From NCBI RefSeq assembly GCF_018977255.1, contig NW_024704742.1, positions 84,136,001 to 84,200,000 of the forward strand: 64,000 nucleotides of DNA, in the 5' to 3' direction. Position numbers and translations under genes: made by a program. Within the stretch, counting starts at the first letter, position 1, and the number at the start of each line of letters is the position of its first letter. This document shows positions 40,881 to 52,200 of this stretch, piece after piece. The DNA is from Callorhinchus milii (taxonomy: Eukaryota). The notes below the pieces were generated by a model that ran no database searches, was not told where the DNA came from, and saw nothing but the letters and a program-made list of their open reading frames with translations.

Positions 40881-42877
40881 TTAAGAAAGGGGCAGAATAA
40901 GTGCAGAGCTGGGAAGGGAGAAGATGAGAGATGTGTTCATAGATTTATTTATGGGATTTGTATTTGTGATGATTAAAATATATTGAGAATCTTAAATGTT
41001 AATGGTTGCAATTTGAGAAGGAAATAACTGGAAACGGTGGGTAAAACTTGCTATTCACAATAATTAACATGTTAATTTATGCCAGTATTGTTTATTTAAC
41101 ACTGCACATTTAACTCTGTTTGAGTATTTTTACTTAAAAAACGGATTTCAAAGTTTATTATTATTCTCATTGACTTAAAATAGAGAGAATTCAGTACTTG
41201 ATGTTTTATCCTTAAACGCTCGGAGACATTATACTACATGAAAGGCGCTCTGTAAATGCAAGTTGTTGTTGATGTTATTTCCTTATTGAAATTACCAGAT
41301 TCTTTCACCTAAAGCTGAACAGGTGGCACTTTTTACAGAGTGAGCAGAACTGAACCATCACATGCCACAATGTGCTGTGGCAAAATGTGTTGAATTGTAC
41401 CCAAGGACTCAAAAGAGAGCACTGGAGTGAAAAATAGCAGCTATTCAGAAAGCTTAATAGTCAACAGTTAAGGATTTCCTGTGCTTGAAATGGGATCCAC
41501 AGCTTCTACAGGAGTAGATAAGGAACAGATCACAGTTTCTAATTTCTAGGGTAAGTTATAAATAAGTTAATTGGCAGAAATGTTCACCTCTGCTGACGGA
41601 TATATCAGCAAGGATGGTTCTCACCGTAACAATATGTACTGTATACAACACTGCTGGGTATTCTGAGGGCTGAATGCTGTATCTGACACAGTACCTCATG
41701 GGCTTTGAACAGGTCCACTAGCATCAGTAACAAGAATAACAATGTTGTCCGCAGCGTCTTGGGATATCCTCCTGACATAAAAGGCGCAATACAAATGTAA
41801 TTTGTTGTTGTCGTCTTCAGTCATTGTGCCCCCAACTTCTGGAACTTTGCCTTTAACCCTCCATCTCACCCCCTCTCTATCCATATAATATTAATCCTTT
41901 CATAATCCTTATGTTGTCGAGACATTTCAAAGCACTTCACATGACATACTGTAAAGTGGAGTGATTCTATCTTGTGGGCAAAATGCGGCAGCCAATTTGC
42001 GCACAGCAATGTCCCACAAACTACCATGGAGTGGGTGACCAATTTTATTTGAGAGAATTGTTGACCAGACAACGGGAGAAATTCCCTTCTCTTTAAGAAA
42101 CGTGCCATGGGAGCTTTATTGTCCACCTGAACAGGCAGACAGGATCTTGGTTTACCGTCTTGTCTGAAGACGGATCCTCTAATCTATACTCTAATCCCAC
42201 TTTAAAACCTACTGCTTTGACCATGTTATTGTTATCTTTCCCCTTCCCTTTCTTCCTAACCTGTCGTCCAACCCCTACGAAGCATTCCAAGACATTATCC
42301 TACGTGAAGGCACTATACAATGCAAGTTGTTGTTGATGTCTGCATTGTGAAACAAATCTTTTAATTCATTTCTGTAGGAATAAAATCAGTGCTGGTTACC
42401 ACACAAATAGTTAGCAGTGATACTTGAAGCAGAGGAAGTTGATTTTCAGCTTTAATCCACTTATAGGGTTGATATCATTTAAAAATGTGGGAAATAGAAA
42501 GTTTTATTTGGAGTAGCAGTGGCACTAGAGCTAGACATGTGATAGTATAAGAGAGCACATTCGCACACAATCAGTAGAACGTGAACGTATGGAGGAGTTA
42601 CAACACTCATTGGGCTGTTGATGGCTATTCCTTCTGCTTTGGAAACAGTGACACACTGTGATCACTATCTGCTGTATTGTTATAGGAGGGAGCCAGTTTC
42701 ACCCTTTCTATAATGGAGCAGATGTTCTTCCATGATGTACTGAGTCCTGATCAGACAAGTAGACTCAGAAGGAGCTTTGGGAATTGTAGTCTGGAGTGAA
42801 AGTTGCGGTGAATCTTAACTCCTTCCTTATGTTAAGAAGCTCCACTAATTTTACTCCATTTTTATTGAGTAGTGAGG

Positions 42878-43250
42878 TAATAATAATAATCCTTGCATTT
42901 GATGTAGCGGTTTATTACATCTTCGAGACATCTCAAAGCGCTTCACAGAATATACTGTAAAGTGAATTGACTGTATGTTTTGTGGGCGAAACGCGGCAGC
43001 CAATTGTGCACAGCAGTGTCCCACAAACAGTTATGGATTGAAGTGACCAATTTATTATTATTTTTCTGAAGGAGTTATTACCCCTGGCAAAGCGATCCAC
43101 CAATCGACTAACAACCAGGTTCCTACTTACTGCTAGGTAAACAGAGGTGTGTGGAGTAAGGAAACTTGCCCAACATTTCGCCCTCCGGAAATCAAACCCA
43201 GGTCACTCGCTTGCGAGGTGAGTGCTCTAACCACTGAGTTACAGGACTCC
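42878..43250 (-). mobile_element. SINE type A, full length
   Basis: (AAT)n tail, cctacttactgctaggtaaacagagg core, tRNA head ...ttacaggactcc. Confidence 0.88.
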
Positions 43251-43401
43251 ACAATCAAGTCATAATGTATTGACTTGATTCTAAGGGGTGGGTATTTTTC
43301 AATAAAATATGCCCCCCAATATTGGGAGGGCTGGGGGTTGCGAGCCTTAGAATCACGGGCGTTATGTAAATGGTAAGTAGTAATAAGTACTTATAATTAT
43401 T

Positions 43402-43690
43402 ACAACAACAACAACTTGGATTTATATAGCGCCCTGGTGTCTCAGAGTGCTTCACAGTAACGGATCCCGGGGCCGAGCCAGGGGGAGGGGGAGGAAGGTG
43501 ACCAAAGGCGCGGTTGAAAAGAAAGGTCTACAGCCGAGACCTGAAAATAGGAAGAGAGAGGGTGAGGCGAAGGGAGTGAGGAAGGGGGTTCCAAAGCCTC
43601 GGGGCATAGAGGCTGAAAGCACGGCTGCCGAGGGTGGAGCGGAGGACTCTGGGGACAAGGAGGAAGCCAGACCCGGAGGAACGAAGGCAC
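43402..43690 (-). mobile_element. L2 3' fragment
   Basis: (AAC)n tail, ggggcatagaggctgaaagc homologous to other L2 ends. Further short copies at ~17280-17580(+) and ~42235-42335(+). Confidence 0.78.
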
Positions 43691-45075
43691 TTATAAGTAA
43701 TTGGGAAGGGTTTGATGCTGGTAGTCGTCAGAGTTTGCCTGCTTAAGGACCCTGCGAATGCTTATGTTTGTGACAACGCCCTCCCAGTGTATGTACCTGC
43801 ATTTTCTGGGTATCCTGTACTTTGTGTCACACCAACACTTCAACAGGTTTATGTAAACCAGGCTGACTGAGATCACACTCCTGATCTAGTGCGTCACGCA
43901 CATCTTTCTGACCCAGAGGTGAGAGTGCTACCAAATGTATCAGACTGGTACCAGTATATCAAAAGACCATTCTGTTAGTACAGAACACAGGTATGGCTGT
44001 ACATTACACTAACTTCCTTTGTCCACAGTGCTGGCTATTTTTCTCTCACAAGTTGAGATATGATCTATACACATTTCCTTTACTATTTTGTGGTGAGCAG
44101 AGTTTTAATGCCAGATCACCTCAGAATCCAAATGTGTGTTGCTACTCAACGATGACTTATATCCTGCTGTGAGGTGATACTGCTGCCAGATAGTGTACTG
44201 GGACCATTTACAGCTTTAACAAATAACCTAGTCAGATATTAAATGCGGTGATGTAATCAAGGGCTAGGATTTAAAGTTGCACGAAATTTAATTTGAACAG
44301 GAATGTTGTGTAGTGCATGAATTCCCTATACAGTTGTACTGGCTCTGGAAGTTTCTACAACAGGAAATGCCTGCTCACACTTCCATTGGCACATGTGAAG
44401 AGAAGGCCTATATGGCCTCGCTGCAGTCTTCAAGATGCAGAGCTGAACAGCTGGAATCTATATAACTCTCAAACATACATAACATTCTGTTCATTTCTAA
44501 ATGCTTGTCTATGTAATATACTATCCAGCAGCCTCCGGTGTTTCAGTTCAATCAAGAAATGGACTTTCCAGGTGGGAGAGGGAGGGGTTAGATCAGGTCA
44601 ACTCTACTCAAAGTTGATTCTGCAAGCTACACTTTGAAATGTTAATTCCGAATGACACATTTGGATTCTGACACCAGCTTCCTGTTATGCTGAATCTCCA
44701 TTTGCAAACCCTGAGGCCAGTCTTAGCATAACTAGAGACCACTTGGGTGTCATCCCAATCTCAAACAATTTGAATGAGGTCAATTTGGAAAGCTTTAATT
44801 TTGTCCATAAACTCCTGCACTTTTCCCTTAATTAAGTTGGGAATTTGTAAATGGCTTGGGAGCTCATTCCTAACTGCATACGTCCAAACTGGCTTTTAAC
44901 TTTTTAATGATGTTTATCCATTGCATCGAGGACAGTTGAAACTGCAGCATGCCTCACGCAATGTGAAGGTTGCATAGATTTTGTTGATTTATGTATGGGA
45001 AATGTTATTTTCATAGAAAAACACCATATTTCAGGCAAAATCTAAACAGATGTGTTCTAGGATCTGTGGAAAGGT

Positions 45076-45221
45076 TAGTGTTCACGGCTTTTGGAGTTTT
45101 CTTTATATGTGATTAGATCAACTGCAGGGTAGTGTTTATCTGCCTGAGATCAAACAGATAAACACTACCCTGCAGTTGATCTAATCATATATAAAAAAAA
45201 CTCCAAAAGCCGTGTTCACTA
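45076..45221. repeat. 146-bp inverted repeat (67-nt arms, 12-nt spacer)
   Basis: 45076-45142 is the reverse complement of 45155-45221 with 4 mismatches. Confidence 0.95.
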
Positions 45222-45613
45222 CAACAACAACTTGCATTTATATAGAGCCCTTCATGTAGGGTAATATCTCAGAGCTGAAACCTGAAGCCATTTTTCAATA
45301 ATTTCTTTTAAAAACTACCAGAAAACCAGCTTCATAGTTGAGACTGAATTCACCAATTTGCTAAATCATTTCAGGACGAGTCAGTCTATATCTTTGACTG
45401 CATTTTCGGTCAGTCACCTCTGAATTCCTAACTCCCTTTTTTAAAAGTTTTAAAAGAAATTACCAAAAAATGGCTTCGGATTTCAAAGTGTGTTTCGGAG
45501 GATCACTGTCCAAATCACCAAAGTTCATATCAATGGTGGTGCGCTGTAAGCAATTCTGTTCACAATGGAATTCTGTTGAGCTTTGCTCATCTGAAGATTG
45601 AAAACATCCTTAC

Positions 45614-45805
45614 CTTGCTTGGAACACTCTTCCGAAGGCTCCCTCTCCAATGTCTCGCACATACTCAATGTTATTCCTTGGGTATTCAAGGCCGAGCAGT
45701 TTAGCATTTAGAAGTAGGGGTAATCTCTGGTACATTGGGTTGGGATGAAGTCTGTCGAGCAGCAATTCTGAAGGAAAAGCTGTTAGAGTCGGTGTTTCAG
45801 CTCCT
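45614..45805 (-). CDS. MUSK: MuSK juxtamembrane/kinase N-lobe exon ([64 protein letters not shown])
   Basis: Translated by hand (not in the ORF track). Contains the NPMY Dok-7-binding NPxY motif and the GEGAFG glycine loop. cttacag| acceptor, AG|gtaagg donor, 192 nt, phase 2 to 2. Confidence 0.96.
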
Positions 45806-46249
45806 CTGTAAGTAGAAAGAAAATGTGACTAATAATGATAGTATTTAAATAAACACTTTGAAGCCAGATAATAGTAGTCTGCATTTTATAACATCAGAAC
45901 ATCTCAAGTGCTTCACAGCAATTAATGCCAAGTGTAGTCGTTGTTTTTGTAGGCAAACATGGCAGTTATTTTGTACACAATGTCCCAAAATAGCCATGAA
46001 ATTACTTACAAATTTTATTTGGAGGATTGTTAGTCAGGGAGAAACTCCCTTCTCTTTTCAAGTTGTGTCCAGGGAACCATAAAAATCAACACAGTATTAG
46101 GCCATTTGACTCAGTGTCAGTGATAGGCTCTTCATTTTCTACCTAAGGGACAGGGATTTGGTTTAGTATCTCATCCAAAGGACAACACATCTGAGTACTG
46201 TGCTGGAGTGTCAGCATGGACAGCTCAAGGGCGAAGGGTTGAACACACA

Positions 46250-46530
46250 ATAATAATAATAATCCTTGCATTTGATATATAGCGCTTTTCACGTCGGGAG
46301 GACGTCCCGAAGCGTTTCACAGAACACACTGTAAAGTGAATTGACTGTATATTTGTGGGCGAACGCGGCAGCCAATTGCGCACAGCAATGTCCCACAAAC
46401 AGTCGTAGATTGAAAATGACCAATTTATTATTGTTTTGGGTTTTGGAGGGATTATTATTAGGCTGTGTGTGGAGTAAGGAAACTTGCCCAAGGTTTCGCC
46501 CTGCCTGGACCCAGAGACGAGAGTGCTCCA
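46250..46530 (-). mobile_element. SINE type A, head partly deleted
   Basis: Near-identical to 9522-9790. Confidence 0.85.
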
Positions 46531-46963
46531 ACCAAATCAAGTTTACACCAATCTGAATTTTCCTTGTAGCTGAGATTGTTGTTTTCCAGGCAAGTCTTTG
46601 TTCAGGCTTTGCTGACTAGAGCTCCACATTTCATCATGTATATATAATGATCCTTGCATTTAATATAGCACACTGGGAGGATATCTCAATGTGTCTTCAC
46701 ATGATTTACTACGAAGTGCCGTGATTGCGTATTTTATAGGCAAACGCAGCAGCCAATTTGCGCACAACAATGTTCTACAAATGAAACGAATTTTACAAAC
46801 CAGAAATTGCAATTAACTAGAAGTTGCAATCCAATGAATTTCTAAAGTTGCATTGTTCAAACCTGGTCATAGAGACAAACATAGAAGGGGCAGGAAGCAA
46901 TTCAATTCACATTACCCATTTGCATTCCTTTTATGGAAATAATAGCACAAAGGCATCTCTCAC

Positions 46964-47144
46964 CTTTTCCTATTCTTCCATTCCTTCTGTTGCCGGTGGC
47001 ACATTAGAGCTGCGAATATCAGTAACACGATGACTGCAAAGCCTGAGATAATGAAAATGATGACAGTCATGGAGTAGGTTGCAGAGTTAAGGATCGGGGT
47101 GTTGGATGTTCCTGCCTTTGTCTCCCCACCTATTATTGGGGTTC
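46964..47144 (-). CDS. MUSK: MuSK transmembrane exon (GTPIIGGETKAGTSNTPILNSATYSMTVIIFIISGFAVIVLLIFAALMCHRQQKEWKNRKR)
   Basis: TYSMTVII...hydrophobic helix...WKNRKR matches the MuSK TM region. ttctttccag| acceptor, AG|gtgaga donor, 181 nt, phase 1 to 2, compatible with both neighbours. Confidence 0.93.
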
Positions 47145-48274
47145 CTGGAAAGAAAAGGCACATTTGAGAATGTGATTATTTAGTACAGTACTTAAGAAAC
47201 ACTGGAAACATTCACACGTGGTTGGCATGAGAACGATCTGTCTGTGATGGGTCTTCGTTCTATGTGGTGAAAAGTGTAGCATATAAGGTGAGAATTCACA
47301 TTGCATGCTCCGTTTTGCATGTCTACACCCACCAGTGTCAGCAGGAAGTTATAGACAAAATTATTGTAAAAGCACACAGATCGATTTTATAAACTTTGTT
47401 TATTTCTCACAACATATATTATTGAGGGACCACTTCTGTTCCAAACCAGAAAGAAACGCCTGTGAGTCAGGCTGACTTGCCTTCCATCTATTTCTCTCTC
47501 CCTTTGGGGAACACTTCTTGCCTTTGAAGTTGCCTCCAACAGCCTACCTGAGATCAAGAGGTAATATAGGTAGTTCTATATTTCATTTGTACTTGTGGAG
47601 GATCAACTCTTTGCTTACCAGTAAACCATGGAAGTCTACCTCATAGCAAGAGGCCATTCAACCCATTGTATTTGTTTTGATGTTTGCTCCTCCAATAATG
47701 ACATCTATTCTAATCCCAATTCTTTGCTTATCCCCATAGCCTCCAATGTTCTTCCTCCATATGTGCATATCTGATTCATTTATAATTTCCTCCAATCTCC
47801 TTCATACCAACAGCTACCCTTAGCAATGTATTCTATATTCTGGGAGAGAAAAACTTCCCAAGTTCCTTATTTATGCTCCTAGTTAGAATCTTATATTTAT
47901 GTCCTCTTGTCCTTGAATCACCTTTCAGAGCAAAAGCTTCCTCACCATTTATCCTCCCAAGCCGTTTTGTTCACTTACATCTACTCTGCTCCAGTGAAAG
48001 TAATCCTCCAACCTCTCCTCAAAGCCTTATCCTCTCACTCCCAGTATCATCCTTGTAAATCCACACTGCACCCTCTCACGGCTTTAGCATCCTTTCTATA
48101 GTGCGCTGCCTAAACCTGCACACAACATTTCAGTTGTGGCCTACCCTTTACCTTATAAATATTCATCATAATTTCCTTGCTTTCAAGTTCAGTCATGAGT
48201 GATTTATTCTTGGCTAGCATTGAGACATAACAATTCCACTGCACTTCTGACACACTGTATGTGGAAACACATAC

Positions 48275-48433
48275 CATTGGTGCATAGACGGACATTGCAG
48301 AATTCCCATCTGATCGATCGATCCATAGTGTAGCACCAAGGACGCTCACTCTCACCGCCAGGGTTACGGCAGTAGTTTTCCGAATTGGTCAGTTCTGGAA
48401 ATATTTCTGGCAAACGTCTATGGAAATGGGAGC
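48275..48433 (-). CDS. MUSK: MuSK exon, C-terminal half of kringle domain ([51 protein letters not shown])
   Basis: Kringle signature NYCRNPxxxxxPWCYT...WEFC. Acceptor cacaaag| at 48434-48435, donor AATG|gtatgt at 48274. The 5' end appears 1 nt short relative to the expected A-P-H-F-H (see findings). Confidence 0.9.
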
Positions 48434-49146
48434 CTTTGTGGGTGGAAATGAAAAGAGGGATAACAAATCAAAACAACATTTATTTTGTCAGTGACAACTG
48501 CAGATCTCATGAGAAGAATAGGTTTTCTAACTCTGATGAGTTAAATGAGTTTTCAAACAAAATTTGTAATTCCACAAATATTTCTGAATAGACTAATTTT
48601 ACATTTCGCTCACAAAATACATAGTCACTGCACTTTACAATATATCCTGTGAAGTGCTTAAGTGCTTTGAGACATCTCAGCAACATGATAGGGTGCAACA
48701 TCAAATGCAAGGATTATTAGCACTTTAGGATGTCCTCCTGACGTGAAAGGTGCTCTATAAATGTAATTTTGTTGTTGTATTATTATTATACAAGTTGAAT
48801 TTTTTTTCTCTCTCCCTGAAGACCTCGACTCACACCGGGGTACAATTCCATTGGTTCCATCTACTCATCATACCTATTTCAGAGGTCACTTTCTATGTAT
48901 AGATAATACAGTAGTAATCCTTGCATTTCAGGATAATGTCTAAAAGTACATGACAGTATATACTACAAAGTGCAGTGACTCTGTGTTTTGTACGTAAACA
49001 CAGGAATCATTTTGCATAGAGCGATGTCCCACAGATAGCCACAAAGTAAATGAATGATCAATTTTATTTGGGGGATTTTTGACATTGGGAGAAACTCCCT
49101 TCTCGTTTTGAACAGTGGCGTGGGATCTTTAACCTCCATCTGAACA

Positions 49147-49176
49147 NNNNNNNNNNNNNNNNNNNNNNNNNNNNNN
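49147..49176. other. Assembly gap (30 N)
   Basis: Run of N in the sequence. Confidence 1.
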
Positions 49177-49247
49177 ACGTGATACGGGTCTGACCAGCAC
49201 TCGACTCTCTTTCCATATGTATTCAGAGTGGCTGGACTTTTCCGTCG

Positions 49248-52200
49248 TGACTCAATTCCAACCTTTTGTTGCCAAACACATTGCCTTGGAGTAAACTTAG
49301 CGCTTAAGTGGACCCATGCTTACCTCCTCTTAAAGGAGGATAGTTCACTATGTATTGATACTGTTTTATGTCTCTGTATTGCATTGACATGTCAGGGAAT
49401 GCCCTTATAGAGTTTGGAAATAGAAGTTGGAAATATGAGTTAAATGGAAAAGTTCTAGAGGGAACAGATGAATAAAAGGCCCAAGAGTGCCAGTAAATAA
49501 ATCATAAAAGAAATTAGTTTACAGCTGCAAAGTGATTTGCAAGGCAAATGAGATCCTCGGAATTCATAGCTAAAGGCAAGGGGTTTGAAAGCATGGAAGT
49601 ACTGTTGCGGCTGTATAAGGCACTTGTGAGACCACACCTAGAGTTTTGTGGTCAATTTAGGATACTTCAATACAGAAAAATTACATTGGTTTTAGTGACA
49701 GAGTAGGATAGAGGTGGGAAGCTTAAGTGTAGTGGAACCCATACAGGTCTATTATCATTTCAATCATCTTTGGCTCAGTTTTTAAACTTTGATCAGTTAA
49801 TAATAATAATAATCCTTGCATTTGATATAACACTTTTCACGTCTTCTAGACGTCTCAAAGCGCTTCACAGAATAGACTGTAAAGTGAATTGACTCTATAT
49901 TTTGTGGGTGAAATGCGACAGGCAAATGCGCACAGCAGTGTCCCACAAACAGTCATGGATTGAAGTGACCAATTTATTATTTGTTTAAGGAATTATTACC
50001 CCTGGAAAAGTGATCTGCTAATCAACTACCCAACGGGTTCCCACTTACTGTTAGGTAAGGAAACTTGCTCAACATTTCAACCTGCCAGGAATCAAACCCA
50101 GGTCTTTCGCTTGCAAGGTGAATGTTCTAACCACTGAGCTACAGGTCTCCAGAATGACCTTACAATTAGGGCAAAATTGGTTAGGAAGGAGGCAAATACT
50201 AATACGAATTTGGAATGTATTGCCTCAGGAAACCACAGATAGGAAATCAATTCAGGGATTCAAGAATGAGTCCTGTACAACAACAACAACAAGATTCCAT
50301 TTATAGAGCGCCTTTCACATCGGGAGGACGTCCCAAGGCGCTGTACAGTTGGGTCGGGACCCGAGCAGGGGGGAAATCAGGGTGAGGGGAGGGAAGGGAG
50401 GGAGCGAGGAGGGGGTAGAGAGTCGAGAGGGGAGCTGAAGGCACGGTCAAAGAGAAAGGTCTTGAGACCGGCCTTGAAGGAGGAAAGGGAGGAGGCGGCG
50501 AAGGCATTGGGGATAGAGTTCCAGAGCCTGGGGTTGAGAGGCTGAAGGCCCGGCCACCGATGGTAGGGTGGTCGGGGCGGGGGATGTGGAGCAGACCGGA
50601 ACCAGAGGAACGGAGGGTACGGGCAGGTAGGTAGGGGGATAGTAGGTCGGAGAGGTAGGAGGGAGCAAGGCCGTGAATGGCCTTGTAGGTGAGGATGAGG
50701 ATCTTGAATTCGATCCTCTGGGGGATGGGGAGCCAGTGGAGGCGAGCGAGGGTGGGAGTGATGTGGTCCCGAAGCCTGGTGCGGGACAGTACACGAGCTG
50801 CAGAGTTCTGAATGACCTACAGCTTGTGGAGGGAGGTGGCGGGAAGGCCGACGAGGAGAGAGTTCCCATAGTGGACCAGAGTTTCAGCAGCGTGAGGGGT
50901 GAGGTAGTGCCGTAGTCTGGCGATATTCCGGAGGTGATGGAAGGCGGTGCCAGTTGTGGTGCAGATATGAGGGAGAAAGGACAGCTCAGGGTCAAACAGA
51001 ACGCTGAGGTTCCTGAGTGGCTTTGAGAGGTGGAGAGTGCAGCCTTGGATGCTAATGCTGTCCGCGCCTGAGGTGTGGAAGCGCTGACGCGAACCAATCA
51101 GGAGGGCCTCAGTTTTACGCACGTTGAGCTGAAGAAAGTTACCTCTCGTCCAGGACTCGATGTCGGACAGGCAGCTGTCAGGACATCGGGGTCGTGGAGT
51201 TGAGGGTAGAGGAGGAAAGGTAGAGTTGGGTGTCATCCGCATACATGTGGAAGTTAACCCCATGTCTGCGGATGATGTCACCACAGGGGGAGCGTATAGA
51301 GGGTGAAGAGGAGGGGACCGAGGACAGAGCCCTGAGGGACACCACATGAGACAGTGCGGGGGGTGGAGGAAAAACCATTTGTGGAGACAAAGTGAAGACA
51401 GTGGGAGATGTACGACCTAAACCACTCAAGGACAGGGCTTTGAAGGTTTAGGTGGGAGGACAAGCGGTGGAGGAGGATAGCATGGTCGACCGTATCGAAT
51501 GCTGCCGATAGGTCGAGGAGGACGAGGAGGCAGAGGGAGCCCTGGTCACAGATGGTCAGGATGTCATTGGTGACCTTGACCAGGGCAGTTTCTGTGCTAT
51601 GGGCAGCACGGAAACCCGACTGAATGGGTGGAGAGGAAAGAGCGCAGCTGGGAGGCGACAACTCATTCCAGGACCTTGGACAGGAAGGGGAAGTTGGAGA
51701 TGGGCCGGTAGCTTGATAGCTGCGATGCATCAAGGGAGGGTTTTTTCAAGGTGGGAGTGATGTAGGGTATTGGTTAGAGCTCTCGCCTCGCAAGCGAAAG
51801 GACCCGGGTTCGATTCCCGGGCGGGGTGAAACCTTAGGCAAGTTTCCTTATTCCACACACCTCTGTTTACCAAGCAGTAAGTAAGAACCCAGTTATTAGT
51901 CGGTAGGTGGATTGCTTTCCAGGGATAATAATCCCTTTATAAATAAATAAAAATAATAATTTGGTCACTCAATCCATGACTGTTTGTGGGACACAACTGT
52001 GTTTCAAACGCTGCCGTGTTTCATCCACAAATTATTCAGTCAATTCACTTTACACTATATTTTGTTTCTACAACATGATAACACTATACCAATGCAAGGA
52101 TTATTGTTATTATTTGTTATTATTAACGATACTTTAGAAATATGGCCTAGTGGCAGGGAAGTGGGGTCAGCGGAAACAATAGTACGTAATGCTTTACGGT

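Noticed and set aside
45076..45221. CACTA/EnSpm transposon termini
   Set aside because: The ends read TAGTG...CACTA, the opposite of the 5'-CACTA...TAGTG-3' arrangement.
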